DNA of 64,000 nucleotides from a virus: IMG/VR virus record IMGVR_UViG_3300025131_000005. The stretch is one strand, 5' to 3'. The translations under genes and the position numbers were made by a program. The first letter of the stretch is position 1. Each line of letters begins with the position of its first letter. The notes beneath the pieces are model-generated. The model saw nothing but the letters and a program-made list of their open reading frames with translations. It had not been told where the DNA came from and ran no database searches. Below are positions 16,863 through 26,621 of the stretch, one piece after another.

Positions 16863-18494
16863 ATGAAGAAAAAAAAACAACTCTTAAAACTTTCTCGAAA
16901 AAACTTAGAAAGAATTGTTAGCAAGGAGCTTAATTCTACTCAAAGAAAAAATACTGCTTTGCTTAAATTACAGCTTGAAAATATACAAAAAGCGATAGAT
17001 GTGGTCGCAGAAGAAAACGATTCAGATCTCCGTGAACATTTTTTAGAACATCAAAATAATATATTTATTCCCATACTCGACGAGGCAACCGGCGAAAAAA
17101 TCTATGAAGCTAAAAATCTTGATGAATATCTTGCTGAATTTAAAGATAATTATGATTTATACGACGAGGTTTATCAGAGACTTGAAGAGTCTATTGATTA
17201 CGAACGTTCTCTTTATTTTGAAGAAAACGAAAATGATGTTTTAGCCGAGGTCGATTGGGCGAAAAGAGCTGCTGAAATTGAAGCGGGCGGCGAAGCTGAA
17301 GAATATGATGCTGAAGGCAGAAAGAAAGACATGCTTCAGAGAGGAAAAGAAAAAGTTAAAGGCGCAGTAGAGAAAGTAAAAAGTGCTTATAAAAAAGGGG
17401 CGCTTTATTTCTTTCTTAAGACAGTTCAGATGGGCTTAAAGGCTGCACTGGCAGCATCAAAAGGTATTTTCTCTTTAATTAAAAAAGTTATGTTACAAGC
17501 AGTATTTAAAGCAATTAAATCATGGGCAACTAGCAAAAAGAAAGTACAAGACGCTTTCAAAGAAGTCAAGGAGGGTGCACTCCAAGGCGGTTTTATGAAA
17601 CTCATGAGCAAAATTATGAAGCCCTTTATGTGGATTGCGAGCAAGCTTACAAAGGATGTAGAAAAACAAAAAGAGCTAGCACCGATTATTTTGAGCATCG
17701 TCGCATCATCTCTTATGTTGGCCTTTTTGTGGGCTATGGGCGGTATAAGTATATTTGGCGAAGCAACTACGGGTATGTCAAAAGCGATGACGGAGGTTGT
17801 TGAAGGCATGCCTTCCGAAGAAGCTGCTATGATGTGTATAACAGAGGGAATTAATTATAAAAATCGTGATCCTAAAAAGCAATTTCTTCTGGAGGGGTGT
17901 GGAATAATCTTACAGAACGGTGAAGAACTATCTAATGCCATGGCAAAAGCAGTAATGAAAGATCTTCTGGAAAGAGATATTGTGGGTAAAATAAATGAAG
18001 CAACCCAAACGGTACGTACCCAAGTTCAAGAGGTTATAAATGACAAACTAGTTCAGGATATTGATACATTTACTGGTTATGCTCAAACTAGTTTTGATCA
18101 ATCTCAGGAAGTGATTGCACTTATGCAGGGCGCTATCACACGCGGATCTGCGCATGGTATGGGTTTGGACTTAACCGAGAGCGGATGGTCATCGTTCGTA
18201 AACAAGAAGATTGCTGGATCAATAGCTCGCATCACTGCCCAAGCGCATGAAGCCCTTCCCGATGTACCTACGAGCGAACTTAAGGCGGTTGCAGATGGCA
18301 TCAAATGGACACATGCAATTGAATCCGTCGACGAGTTTGTTGATAGCCAGCATGTAGTAAATGATGTTCTCAAACATACTCGCGAATTTGCAAGCATGGT
18401 TTCGAAATCACAAATTGTCGGTGTTGATACCGGGGGTTTGACTAATGAACAAGTCTTAAGATTTAGAAAGCTTAGTGGTTTGTTGAAGAGCTAA
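16863..18494 (+). CDS. Hypothetical protein with hydrophobic segment and terminal RFRKLSGLL motif
   Basis: LKLSRKNLERIVSKE leader-like start; LAPIILSIVASSLMLAFLWAMGG. Confidence 0.65.
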   Translation: MKKKKQLLKLSRKNLERIVSKELNSTQRKNTALLKLQLENIQKAIDVVAEENDSDLREHFLEHQNNIFIPILDEATGEKIYEAKNLDEYLAEFKDNYDLYDEVYQRLEESIDYERSLYFEENENDVLAEVDWAKRAAEIEAGGEAEEYDAEGRKKDMLQRGKEKVKGAVEKVKSAYKKGALYFFLKTVQMGLKAALAASKGIFSLIKKVMLQAVFKAIKSWATSKKKVQDAFKEVKEGALQGGFMKLMSKIMKPFMWIASKLTKDVEKQKELAPIILSIVASSLMLAFLWAMGGISIFGEATTGMSKAMTEVVEGMPSEEAAMMCITEGINYKNRDPKKQFLLEGCGIILQNGEELSNAMAKAVMKDLLERDIVGKINEATQTVRTQVQEVINDKLVQDIDTFTGYAQTSFDQSQEVIALMQGAITRGSAHGMGLDLTESGWSSFVNKKIAGSIARITAQAHEALPDVPTSELKAVADGIKWTHAIESVDEFVDSQHVVNDVLKHTREFASMVSKSQIVGVDTGGLTNEQVLRFRKLSGLLKS

Positions 18495-18495
18495 A

Positions 18496-18855
18496 GTGTG
18501 GGAAATGAAACGAAAGAAGTATTCGAAACCTGATCAAGAATATTATTCTATTTCCAATAAATTAAAGTCCGAGGGTAAAATCAATACTGATTTCGAGATC
18601 ATGCTTTCTTCTTTAACCCTTGAAGAGATTATTGCTTTAAGGCTTGAATTAGCAGCGAACGCAGTTAATGGAAAGCTTTATGGGTTGAATTTATGGAAGG
18701 AAATACCTAATATAGCTAGAGACGCTGTATTAAAATATGCTCATAGTGCCACTAGAACAAAAAATGAGGCAGCTGCGATGCTGGGAATTAACAAATCTGA
18801 ATTTCGAAAATTATTAAAGAAATTTAATATTACAAATTGGTTTAATAAAGATTAA
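18496..18855 (+). CDS. Fis-type helix-turn-helix protein
   Basis: C-terminal TKNEAAAMLGINKSEFRKLLKKF; likely start at ATG 18505. Confidence 0.65.
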   Translation: MWEMKRKKYSKPDQEYYSISNKLKSEGKINTDFEIMLSSLTLEEIIALRLELAANAVNGKLYGLNLWKEIPNIARDAVLKYAHSATRTKNEAAAMLGINKSEFRKLLKKFNITNWFNKD

Positions 18856-18903
18856 CATTTGTAAAATAATATGATACTATTACTTTTAAGAGGAGGTCGA
18901 AAA

Positions 18904-19083
18904 ATGACTGAAAATGAATTAACAAAATTGGTAGAACAACAGCAAGAGACTATTGCCCATTTAACCGGGCGTATGAGTTCATTAACCGATGAACTGGCTG
19001 TTTTCAAAGGTGATATCGAAACATTTAGAGGAAATGTAGCTAACGATATACATCGTCTGATTGAAATGATTAGAAATAAGTAA
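18904..19083 (+). CDS. Small coiled-coil protein
   Basis: AGGAGG RBS before ATG 18904; heptad pattern. Confidence 0.6.
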   Translation: MTENELTKLVEQQQETIAHLTGRMSSLTDELAVFKGDIETFRGNVANDIHRLIEMIRNK

Positions 19084-19089
19084 TACAAA

Positions 19090-19404
19090 ATGTCAGACGA
19101 GCAAGAAATTAATGTTGTTAAGCATGGTAGCCCTTGGACTAATAATTCATTTCATCCTTCTTTTCAAGAAGCTAATGAAAAACGAACTACACTATTATCG
19201 ATATGGGAAGACGATAATTCTCATAAAGGAATGCAAGTAAAGGTCAAATTTATGCCGTCAAAGAATCAGTTTGTAGTAAAAACACGTCTACATCCAGATT
19301 TTGTGAAACCAAAGAAAAGTAAGAAGAAAAATGTCAAACGAGGAAAAAGAAAAAATAAAAGCTCTTTTGAAAAAAGAGAAAACGACTCTCAAAAAGTTAA
19401 TTGA
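19090..19404 (+). CDS. Hypothetical protein
   Basis: Co-oriented ORF abutting neighbours. Confidence 0.55.
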   Translation: MSDEQEINVVKHGSPWTNNSFHPSFQEANEKRTTLLSIWEDDNSHKGMQVKVKFMPSKNQFVVKTRLHPDFVKPKKSKKKNVKRGKRKNKSSFEKRENDSQKVN

Positions 19405-19504
19405 GAAATATCCTCATTTGACGGAAGTGTACTTAGAAGATCTTCTCGCACAAGATGATCTACAAGAAAAAAAGGACAACACTAAGAAGTTGTTATTGGA
19501 CTGA
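19331..19504 (+). CDS. 57-aa hypothetical protein not in the ORF track
   Basis: Hand translation MSNEEKEKIK...TKKLLLD*; fills the gap to ATG 19509 and overlaps the upstream gene by 74 nt. Confidence 0.5.
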   Translation: MSNEEKEKIKALLKKEKTTLKKLIEKYPHLTEVYLEDLLAQDDLQEKKDNTKKLLLD

Positions 19505-19508
19505 GAAA

Positions 19509-19709
19509 ATGCTTAGACAGAAACTTTATTTTTTTACTTTTAGTGACCAATCGACTAAAAGAGTTGAAACCCTGCAAGTAAAAGCTGCGTCGTTTGCAGA
19601 GGCATTACCGGAAGCTTTTATACACCGCCAGAATTTAAATAAACGACATAATAAAAGTAACTGGGATGTTATATCGATAGAAGATAAAAATTTCTACAAT
19701 GAGCGCTAA
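19509..19709 (+). CDS. Hypothetical protein
   Basis: Likely start MLRQK just after the stop at 19504. Confidence 0.5.
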   Translation: MLRQKLYFFTFSDQSTKRVETLQVKAASFAEALPEAFIHRQNLNKRHNKSNWDVISIEDKNFYNER

Positions 19710-20022
19710 AGACACCGATAAGATCAAGAAGATCGTCGCGGAAGAAGTCTTAGAAGCAATAATAAATTATAATGTAGAATTCGAATTTGATCATATCTGT
19801 TCTCATGTACAGATTGTGTATGTTCGCGAACTTCGTTCATCTCCGGAACCCGTAGAATATCACATGTTAGAGAATCTGTCTAAGCGAATATCTGAAATTA
19901 ATCCGAGATATAAAATAGGAATTATTTTTGAAGATCTCTCAATGATACCTATATCTGAAGATTTTGAACAGATCCAAAAAGAAATAGATAGGTTAGATCG
20001 TGAAAATAGTAAGCTTAAATAA
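19699..20022 (+). CDS. Hypothetical protein
   Basis: Co-oriented ORF overlapping the previous stop. Confidence 0.55.
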   Translation: MSAKDTDKIKKIVAEEVLEAIINYNVEFEFDHICSHVQIVYVRELRSSPEPVEYHMLENLSKRISEINPRYKIGIIFEDLSMIPISEDFEQIQKEIDRLDRENSKLK

Positions 20023-20034
20023 TCTACTTATAGA

Positions 20035-20250
20035 ATGGAAGAGAATTTAATAACCATTATCGAGTGCCCTCATTGCTCGGATAAAAAGACCACTAAAACA
20101 TATAAAGGCAATTGTAAGTGTGGTAATCTATCTATTGACTCTCTTACGCCGAAGACAAAATGTAAATTTAAATATTTTACAACTGTTAGCTATAAACATG
20201 AACCACCAAATATATATGAAATCTCCTCATCGCTGGAGAAATTTCCATAA
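20035..20250 (+). CDS. Small zinc-finger protein
   Basis: CPHC...CKCG. Confidence 0.5.
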   Translation: MEENLITIIECPHCSDKKTTKTYKGNCKCGNLSIDSLTPKTKCKFKYFTTVSYKHEPPNIYEISSSLEKFP

Positions 20251-20961
20251 ATCTTCGAAAGTAGCTGAAACTGAAACATGGTGGAAGAAAGCATATACAG
20301 AATGTGTAACACCTACTATTTCACCTTTTCTATTTATTAAAGGAGATCCACTTGAACCACCCATTGCCGGAATACTATAAAAAGCGCGGCTATCAAGAAT
20401 ACCTAAAAATCTTCCCTCAAAAATAGGTATTACACCATTTTCAGCCAATCCACCCGGAGAGGCGATAGTAAATATTTTTTCTCCGTAGGTTGGCTTTTTA
20501 TTTGAGATTTTTAATGCTGGTCCTTCCAATTCATTACCTTTCATCATACAAATATCATTTTCGTCATCTAGTTTGAAAGGAACTACTTCATACTTATCCC
20601 AATCATTACCTTCTACACTAACAATATAATCATATTGAATATCGTCTCCTAATAATGTTGCCATGTGATCCAATTGCATTTGACGACATACATGTGCGAC
20701 AGTAAGAATAACTTTATTTCCTTTATTCAAGATTATTGATCCGGATCCCCATGCTCCACCAAGCTTGTTTTTTATGCACTCTGTGACACCATCTTCAAGA
20801 GTTTGGCATGCAGTACCCCATACGGAAACTTCTATTTTAACAAAAGATCTTTTTGCTTTTTTAAGTAAGTTTTGTGTATTATTAATATGTTGATTGATAC
20901 CACAACTTGATAAAAATAAGATTAGAAAACAAAAAAATATTTTTTTTATGTAAGACATCAT
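20227..20961 (-). CDS. Trypsin-like (S1) serine protease, putative lipoprotein
   Basis: Lipobox FLSSC; LTVAHV (His), NDIC (Asp), GGSSGSP (Ser). Confidence 0.85.
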   Translation of the reverse strand: MMSYIKKIFFCFLILFLSSCGINQHINNTQNLLKKAKRSFVKIEVSVWGTACQTLEDGVTECIKNKLGGAWGSGSIILNKGNKVILTVAHVCRQMQLDHMATLLGDDIQYDYIVSVEGNDWDKYEVVPFKLDDENDICMMKGNELEGPALKISNKKPTYGEKIFTIASPGGLAENGVIPIFEGRFLGILDSRAFYSIPAMGGSSGSPLINRKGEIVGVTHSVYAFFHHVSVSATFEDLWKFLQR

Positions 20962-20990
20962 ATTAGTAAATACTTATATTGTAAGGAAAA

Positions 20991-22304
20991 TTGATGAAAA
21001 AAACATACGTCTTAGATACCAACGTCCTTCTAACAGAAGCTAACTCTATATTTTCATTTAAAAATAACGATATAATAATTCCTTTAAAAGTTTTAGAAGA
21101 AATCGATAAACACAAGAAAAGACAGGATGGCGTTGGACAAAACGCTCGTAAATCGATACGTATTCTAGATGGACTCCGTACAAAAGGAAATTTACATAAT
21201 GGTATTCGTTTAGAGAAACGAAAAGGAATTTTATATGTTCGGATGTACGATCCATCTTTAATGCCAATCGGTTTAGACGCGTCAGATGCAGATAACCAAA
21301 TTATCACTACAGCAATCACTGAAAAACAAAAAAATCCGAAACGTAAAGTATCTGTTGTTTCGCGTGATATTAATATGCGTATTAAATGTGACGCATTACA
21401 AATATTAGCAGAAGATTATGATAGAGGTAAAATTGTTTCTACTATCGATGAACTTTACGACGGTTTTACCGCTCATTTAGTAGATACTCAAATAATAGAT
21501 AGATTTTATGAAGGTGAAGAGATAAGCGCCTCGATGATTGAGGGAAGATTTAGTCCAAATGAGTTTGTTATGCTGATTTCAAATTCTAATTCAAAACATA
21601 CCGCATTGGCCAAGTATGGAGGCGCTGTTGATAAATTAATAGCTATTAATGAATATAAAAATAACGGTATCTGGGGTTTACGTTCTAGAAATAAAGAACA
21701 AATGTTTGCTTTAGATCTTCTTATGGATGAAAGTATTCCTATTATTACTATTACAGGAAAAGCCGGATGTGGTAAGACTTTGCTAACATTAGCTGCGGGT
21801 TTAAATCAAGTACTGGATCAAGATAAATATAAAAAACTTGTTGTTTCGCGCCCCGTACAGCCAATTGGCAGAGATCTTGGATATTTGCCTGGTACTCTAG
21901 AAGAAAAAATGCATCCATGGCTCAAACCAATTGGAGATAATTTAGAATTTTTAATGGGTGATAAAAAAGATACAATGGAACTTTTAATAGAGCAGGGAAC
22001 AATTGAAGTTGAAGCTTTAACATATATTCGAGGCAGATCGATATCGAATGCTTTTGTAATTATTGATGAAGCTCAGAATCTTTCAGTTCACGAACTTAAA
22101 ACTATTGTTACAAGAATTGGTGAAAATTCTAAAATTGTTCTAACGGGAGATATTGAACAAATAGATAACACATATTTAGATTCAACATCTAATGGGCTTT
22201 CCTATGCTATTGAAAAGTTTAAAACCGAAGAAATAGCGGGTCATATAACACTTAAAAAGGGTGAAAGGTCTGAGGTTGCAACATTGGCGTCAAAAATACT
22301 TTAA
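20991..22304 (+). CDS. phoH: PIN-domain plus PhoH-family ATPase
   Basis: YVLDTNVL PIN start; GKAGCGKT Walker A; GYLPG; YIRGRS; IIDEAQN; GDIEQID. Confidence 0.92.
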   Translation: MMKKTYVLDTNVLLTEANSIFSFKNNDIIIPLKVLEEIDKHKKRQDGVGQNARKSIRILDGLRTKGNLHNGIRLEKRKGILYVRMYDPSLMPIGLDASDADNQIITTAITEKQKNPKRKVSVVSRDINMRIKCDALQILAEDYDRGKIVSTIDELYDGFTAHLVDTQIIDRFYEGEEISASMIEGRFSPNEFVMLISNSNSKHTALAKYGGAVDKLIAINEYKNNGIWGLRSRNKEQMFALDLLMDESIPIITITGKAGCGKTLLTLAAGLNQVLDQDKYKKLVVSRPVQPIGRDLGYLPGTLEEKMHPWLKPIGDNLEFLMGDKKDTMELLIEQGTIEVEALTYIRGRSISNAFVIIDEAQNLSVHELKTIVTRIGENSKIVLTGDIEQIDNTYLDSTSNGLSYAIEKFKTEEIAGHITLKKGERSEVATLASKIL

Positions 22305-22346
22305 TAATATATAGCTATATGCTATACTGTATACAAGGAGCTAATT

Positions 22347-22619
22347 ATGAAAAATGTTACACCACCAGAAGAATATGATACAAATCCAGACCTAGAGCAG
22401 TTAGTTGAACCAGATACGGATTTAAAAAATTGGCTTGTTGAATATGTTGGCTCACAGTTGAATCCTGATAACATGGATGTTACTGTTGAGATGATCATCG
22501 AAGTTGTGGCATCTGAATTTCCTGAGTTTTTATTGGCCGTAGCCGAAGAGAACTTTATTAGAGGATATGAACAGGCGTTAGATGATTTAAATGAAGCCGA
22601 AAAAATACAAAATGAATAA
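22347..22619 (+). CDS. Hypothetical acidic protein
   Basis: AAGGAG RBS; FIRGYEQAL. Confidence 0.65.
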   Translation: MKNVTPPEEYDTNPDLEQLVEPDTDLKNWLVEYVGSQLNPDNMDVTVEMIIEVVASEFPEFLLAVAEENFIRGYEQALDDLNEAEKIQNE

Positions 22620-23286
22620 TTTCGTCAAAGAAGGTTTAAGAAATACAAAAGAGTTTGTAATTTTTAATAGAGTCCCGGTTCATCTAGATGCACCCCTTAT
22701 AAATAATGATATTATTCTAAGCGATATTTTAAAACAGATTGAGAACCTAACTCATCGAAACTATTTTCAAGGTATTAATCGAATCCGCATCGGAGACTAT
22801 AAGTTTTTGAATGATAGGGACATTAATGCTGCTTTTCATGAGGGAACCATATATCTTTCCAATATCCAAGATGATGATGACGACATTATCGATGATATAC
22901 TACATGAAGTAGCCCATAACTTGGAAAGATTATATGATGACGAAATTTATGATGATAGAAAACTTGAAGATGAATTTCTTCTCAAAAGATCAAAATTAAA
23001 AAGAATTTTACAGGATTTGGATTTTAATGTTGACAAACACAACTTCTTTGAGGTAGAATATAACAAAGAATTTGATCGATTTTTATATAAAGACGTTACA
23101 TATTCTTCGCTTAAGCAACTAGCCGTAAATTTGTTTTGTTCAGTTTACGGTGCAACGTCACTAAGTGAATATTATGCTACAGGTGTACAACAATATTTGA
23201 TGGACGACCGCAAATGTCTATCAGAATTAAGTCCGGTACTTTATAAAAAGATTGATAAATTGAATCATTTATTAACTGAAAAATAA
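22612..23286 (+). CDS. Zincin-like metallopeptidase-domain protein
   Basis: ILHEVAH plus downstream SEYYA; likely start MNNFVK. Confidence 0.6.
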   Translation: MNNFVKEGLRNTKEFVIFNRVPVHLDAPLINNDIILSDILKQIENLTHRNYFQGINRIRIGDYKFLNDRDINAAFHEGTIYLSNIQDDDDDIIDDILHEVAHNLERLYDDEIYDDRKLEDEFLLKRSKLKRILQDLDFNVDKHNFFEVEYNKEFDRFLYKDVTYSSLKQLAVNLFCSVYGATSLSEYYATGVQQYLMDDRKCLSELSPVLYKKIDKLNHLLTEK

Positions 23287-23291
23287 AAATT

Positions 23292-24065
23292 ATGAAAAAA
23301 CCTCATATCTCTTTTTCCGAATTAAAAATTTGGAGTGAATGCCCACACAGACATAAACTAGATTATATTGACAAACTTAGGGTTTTCAAAGGAAACGAAT
23401 ACACAGCATTTGGCAAAGCCATCCACGCTGTGGGAGAAAAGTTTGTCTTCGAAGCCGATGGCGACGAAATGGAAGAGTTTGAGTCCAACTTCTTATATGA
23501 ATTAAAACTCCTCAAAGAGGAAGATAAAGATATATCCTTTAACGACAAGTTAATACAAGAAATGCGACCCCAAGGAGCCAAAATAGCTCCCAAAATGATT
23601 CCAGCGTTGAAAGACCACTTTGGACCCTACGAAGTAGTATCCGCAGAAGAGGAGTTATATGAGCCTCTAACGCATCCTGGCGTCAAGTTCAAGGGATTCA
23701 TCGATTTGGTCATCAAAGTCGATCAGACGTACCATATCCTGGACTGGAAGAGCTGCACGTGGGGTTGGGACACAAGAAAGAAATCAGATCGTATTATTTC
23801 TTATCAATTAACCCTATATAAACATTTTTATGCAGCAAAACATAATATCGATCCTGCAGATATACGAACTCACTTTGCATTACTTAAAAGAACTGCAAAA
23901 GCAAAACCTGTTGAAATCTTTGAAATAAAGTGTGGAACAAAAAAAACCAATAATGCACTTAAATTATTAAACACTTTCATGTATAATGTTGAAAAAGGAA
24001 TTCACATTAAGAATAGATTATCATGTAAATACTGTCCTTATACGAAAACCGAACATTGTACATAA
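23292..24065 (+). CDS. PD-(D/E)XK nuclease (RecB/Cas4-like)
   Basis: ISFSEL..W.ECP, GKAIH, FKGFIDLV, ILDWKS, QLTLY, C-terminal CKYCPY..HC. Confidence 0.85.
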   Translation: MKKPHISFSELKIWSECPHRHKLDYIDKLRVFKGNEYTAFGKAIHAVGEKFVFEADGDEMEEFESNFLYELKLLKEEDKDISFNDKLIQEMRPQGAKIAPKMIPALKDHFGPYEVVSAEEELYEPLTHPGVKFKGFIDLVIKVDQTYHILDWKSCTWGWDTRKKSDRIISYQLTLYKHFYAAKHNIDPADIRTHFALLKRTAKAKPVEIFEIKCGTKKTNNALKLLNTFMYNVEKGIHIKNRLSCKYCPYTKTEHCT

Positions 24066-24078
24066 AAGTGATTTAAAA

Positions 24079-25338
24079 ATGAATAAAAAGATTAAAGTAT
24101 TAGTTTTAAGTGATCATCCATTTTCACCTTCTGGTGTTGGGACTCAAACAAGATATGTGATAGAAGCCTGTTTAAAAACAGGTAGATATTCATTTGTTTG
24201 TCTCGCAGGTGCTATTAAGCACGAAAAGTACGAACCAATCAAAACGGAGGAATGGGGAGAAGATTTAATTATTTATCCTGTCGATGGTTATGGTACTCAT
24301 GATATAGTACGTTCCATGTTAAGAAATCATAAACCGGATATTGTTTGGTTTATGACGGACCCCCGTTTCTGGGGATGGTTGTGGGAAATAGAAAACGAAA
24401 TTAGACCAGTCGCCCCTATGGTTTATTACCACGTGTGGGATAATTATCCTTATCCTAAATTTAATGAGGTATATTACAGATCTTGCGATAAAATTCTCAC
24501 TATATCGAAAGTAACTGACGACTTAGTACGTACTGTTGCTCCGGATGTAGAAGTAGAATATTTACCCCATGCCGTAAATCAAGATATTTTTAAACCTCTC
24601 CCTAAAGAAGCTTCTGATAAATTCATTTTACAATCTATTCCGCATATGGAAGGAAAAATAATGTTTTTTTGGAACAATAGAAATGCTAGGCGTAAACAAA
24701 GTGGTTCTATTATCTGGTGGTTTGCCGAATTCGCAGAGAAAGTGGGTAGGGAAAATGTGGGTCTTCTTATGCATACAGATCCAAAAGACGAAAATGGCCA
24801 AGATTTACAAGCAATTATTCATGAACTAGGTTTAGATGATGGCACTGTTATATTTTCTACCACCCCTGTAATTCCACAGGTATTAGCTGAGTTATATAAT
24901 TATGCATCCTGTACCATCAATATTTCTGATGCCGAAGGGTTTGGTTTGTCTACATTAGAATCTTTGGCTTGTGGAACACCTATCATTGTAAATATGACCG
25001 GGGGACTTCAAGAACAAGTAACAGATGGCAAAAATTGGTTTGGAATAGGGATAGAACCAAGTTCCAAAGCTATTATAGGATCCCAACTAGTACCCTATAT
25101 CCAGGAAGACAGGCTTAATAAAAATGATTTTATTAATGCATTAACTAAAATATATGAAATGTCTCAAGAGGAACGCGATGCTCTGGGAAATGGTGGGCTA
25201 GAACATGTAACCAAAAATTATAATTTTAAGAACTTTGAAAAACGATGGGTAGAAACGCTAGATGGGGTATATGAGAAACATGGTTCTTGGGAGACACGAA
25301 AGAATTATAAATCTTGGTTTCTTCAAGAGGTGGTTTGA
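24079..25338 (+). CDS. Glycosyltransferase, GT-B fold (GT4-like)
   Basis: SGVGTQ; NRNARRK; EGFGLSTLESLACGTP. Confidence 0.88.
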   Translation: MNKKIKVLVLSDHPFSPSGVGTQTRYVIEACLKTGRYSFVCLAGAIKHEKYEPIKTEEWGEDLIIYPVDGYGTHDIVRSMLRNHKPDIVWFMTDPRFWGWLWEIENEIRPVAPMVYYHVWDNYPYPKFNEVYYRSCDKILTISKVTDDLVRTVAPDVEVEYLPHAVNQDIFKPLPKEASDKFILQSIPHMEGKIMFFWNNRNARRKQSGSIIWWFAEFAEKVGRENVGLLMHTDPKDENGQDLQAIIHELGLDDGTVIFSTTPVIPQVLAELYNYASCTINISDAEGFGLSTLESLACGTPIIVNMTGGLQEQVTDGKNWFGIGIEPSSKAIIGSQLVPYIQEDRLNKNDFINALTKIYEMSQEERDALGNGGLEHVTKNYNFKNFEKRWVETLDGVYEKHGSWETRKNYKSWFLQEVV

Positions 25339-26621
25339 TGAAGAAAATTTTGATTAGAGGTCCGGTCTTAACACGGAGTGGATATGGCGAACATGTAAGA
25401 TTTATTTTACGAGCTTTGAGACAATTAGAAGATAAATTAGATATCTATCTCATACCAGTTAATTGGGGAAATACTGGGTGGATTTATGATGATGATGAAG
25501 AAAGAATTTGGATCGACTCACTTATTAATAAAACGGCTGCTCTCAAGCACAACGCTGCTCTTTCGCAAGAGCCACCAAATTTTGATTTGAGTATCCAAGT
25601 TAGTATACCAAATGAGTGGGAGAAATTGGCACCAATTAATATTGGGGTTACGGCAGGTATTGAAACTACAAAAGTAGCTCCCCAGTGGGTGGAGAAAGGT
25701 AATATGGTGGATTTGATTATAGTTCCCTCTCATCACTCAAAACATGTTTACGAAAATACTAATTACAACATGACAGTACAACAAACAGGACAAGTTGTGC
25801 CTAATTACAAATGTACTACTCCAATCGAGGTTCTTTCTTATCCGGTAAAAGATTTTTCAGTATGCGATCTGGGTATTGATTTTGAAACAGATTTTAATTT
25901 TCTCAATATTGCGCAATGGTCCTCTCGAAAAGATGTAGAGAATTGTATTAAATGGTTTGTTGAAGAATTTATCGATCAAGAAGTCGGATTAATTTTAAAG
26001 CTGAATATAGCTAAGAACTGTTTAATGGATAGAAGAATGAGTGAAAGTAAAATTAAATTTCTTTTATCTGATGAAAAATACACTGATAGAAAATGTAAAA
26101 TATATCTTCTTCATGGTGATATGACTGATCAAGAGATACATCAATTATATCGTCATTCTAAAATTAAAGCTTTTGTGACAACAACCCATGGCGAAGGTTT
26201 TGGCTTGCCAATGTTCGAAGCTGCCTACGAAGGCATGCCACTGATTGCTCCGGATTGGAGTGGTTATATGGATTTTCTTTATATGCCCGTTGCGGATAAA
26301 AAGGGTAAAACCAAAAATAAAGCTAAGTTTGCGAAAGTGGGCTATACTTTGCAACCTATTGCTCCCGATGTAGTGTGGGATGGTGTACTTCAAAAAGATT
26401 CGATGTGGGCGTATGCTGATCAAGGGTCTTTTAAAATGCGTATGCGAGAGGTTTATAGAGATCATGGTAGATTCAAGAAGCAAGCCAAAGAACTTCAAGG
26501 ATGGATTAGAGAAAATTTTTCACTTCATCAACAATATAAAAAATGTTTATATATGTTAGAGAATTTTTTATTAGATGAAGAGGAAATAGATGATTTTTCT
26601 TTTTTTGAGAGAGAAAATTAA
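25338..26621 (+). CDS. Glycosyltransferase, GT-B fold (GT4-like)
   Basis: SGYG; SSRK; GEGFGLPMFEAA. Confidence 0.88.
   Translation: MKKILIRGPVLTRSGYGEHVRFILRALRQLEDKLDIYLIPVNWGNTGWIYDDDEERIWIDSLINKTAALKHNAALSQEPPNFDLSIQVSIPNEWEKLAPINIGVTAGIETTKVAPQWVEKGNMVDLIIVPSHHSKHVYENTNYNMTVQQTGQVVPNYKCTTPIEVLSYPVKDFSVCDLGIDFETDFNFLNIAQWSSRKDVENCIKWFVEEFIDQEVGLILKLNIAKNCLMDRRMSESKIKFLLSDEKYTDRKCKIYLLHGDMTDQEIHQLYRHSKIKAFVTTTHGEGFGLPMFEAAYEGMPLIAPDWSGYMDFLYMPVADKKGKTKNKAKFAKVGYTLQPIAPDVVWDGVLQKDSMWAYADQGSFKMRMREVYRDHGRFKKQAKELQGWIRENFSLHQQYKKCLYMLENFLLDEEEIDDFSFFEREN

Noticed and set aside
22309-22320. 12-bp palindrome ATATAGCTATAT after phoH as an operator or terminator
   Set aside because: Single AT-rich occurrence with no GC stem or second copy noticed.
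23292-24065. Cas4/CRISPR system
   Set aside because: No repeat-spacer array or other cas genes; stand-alone PD-(D/E)XK nucleases are common in phages.
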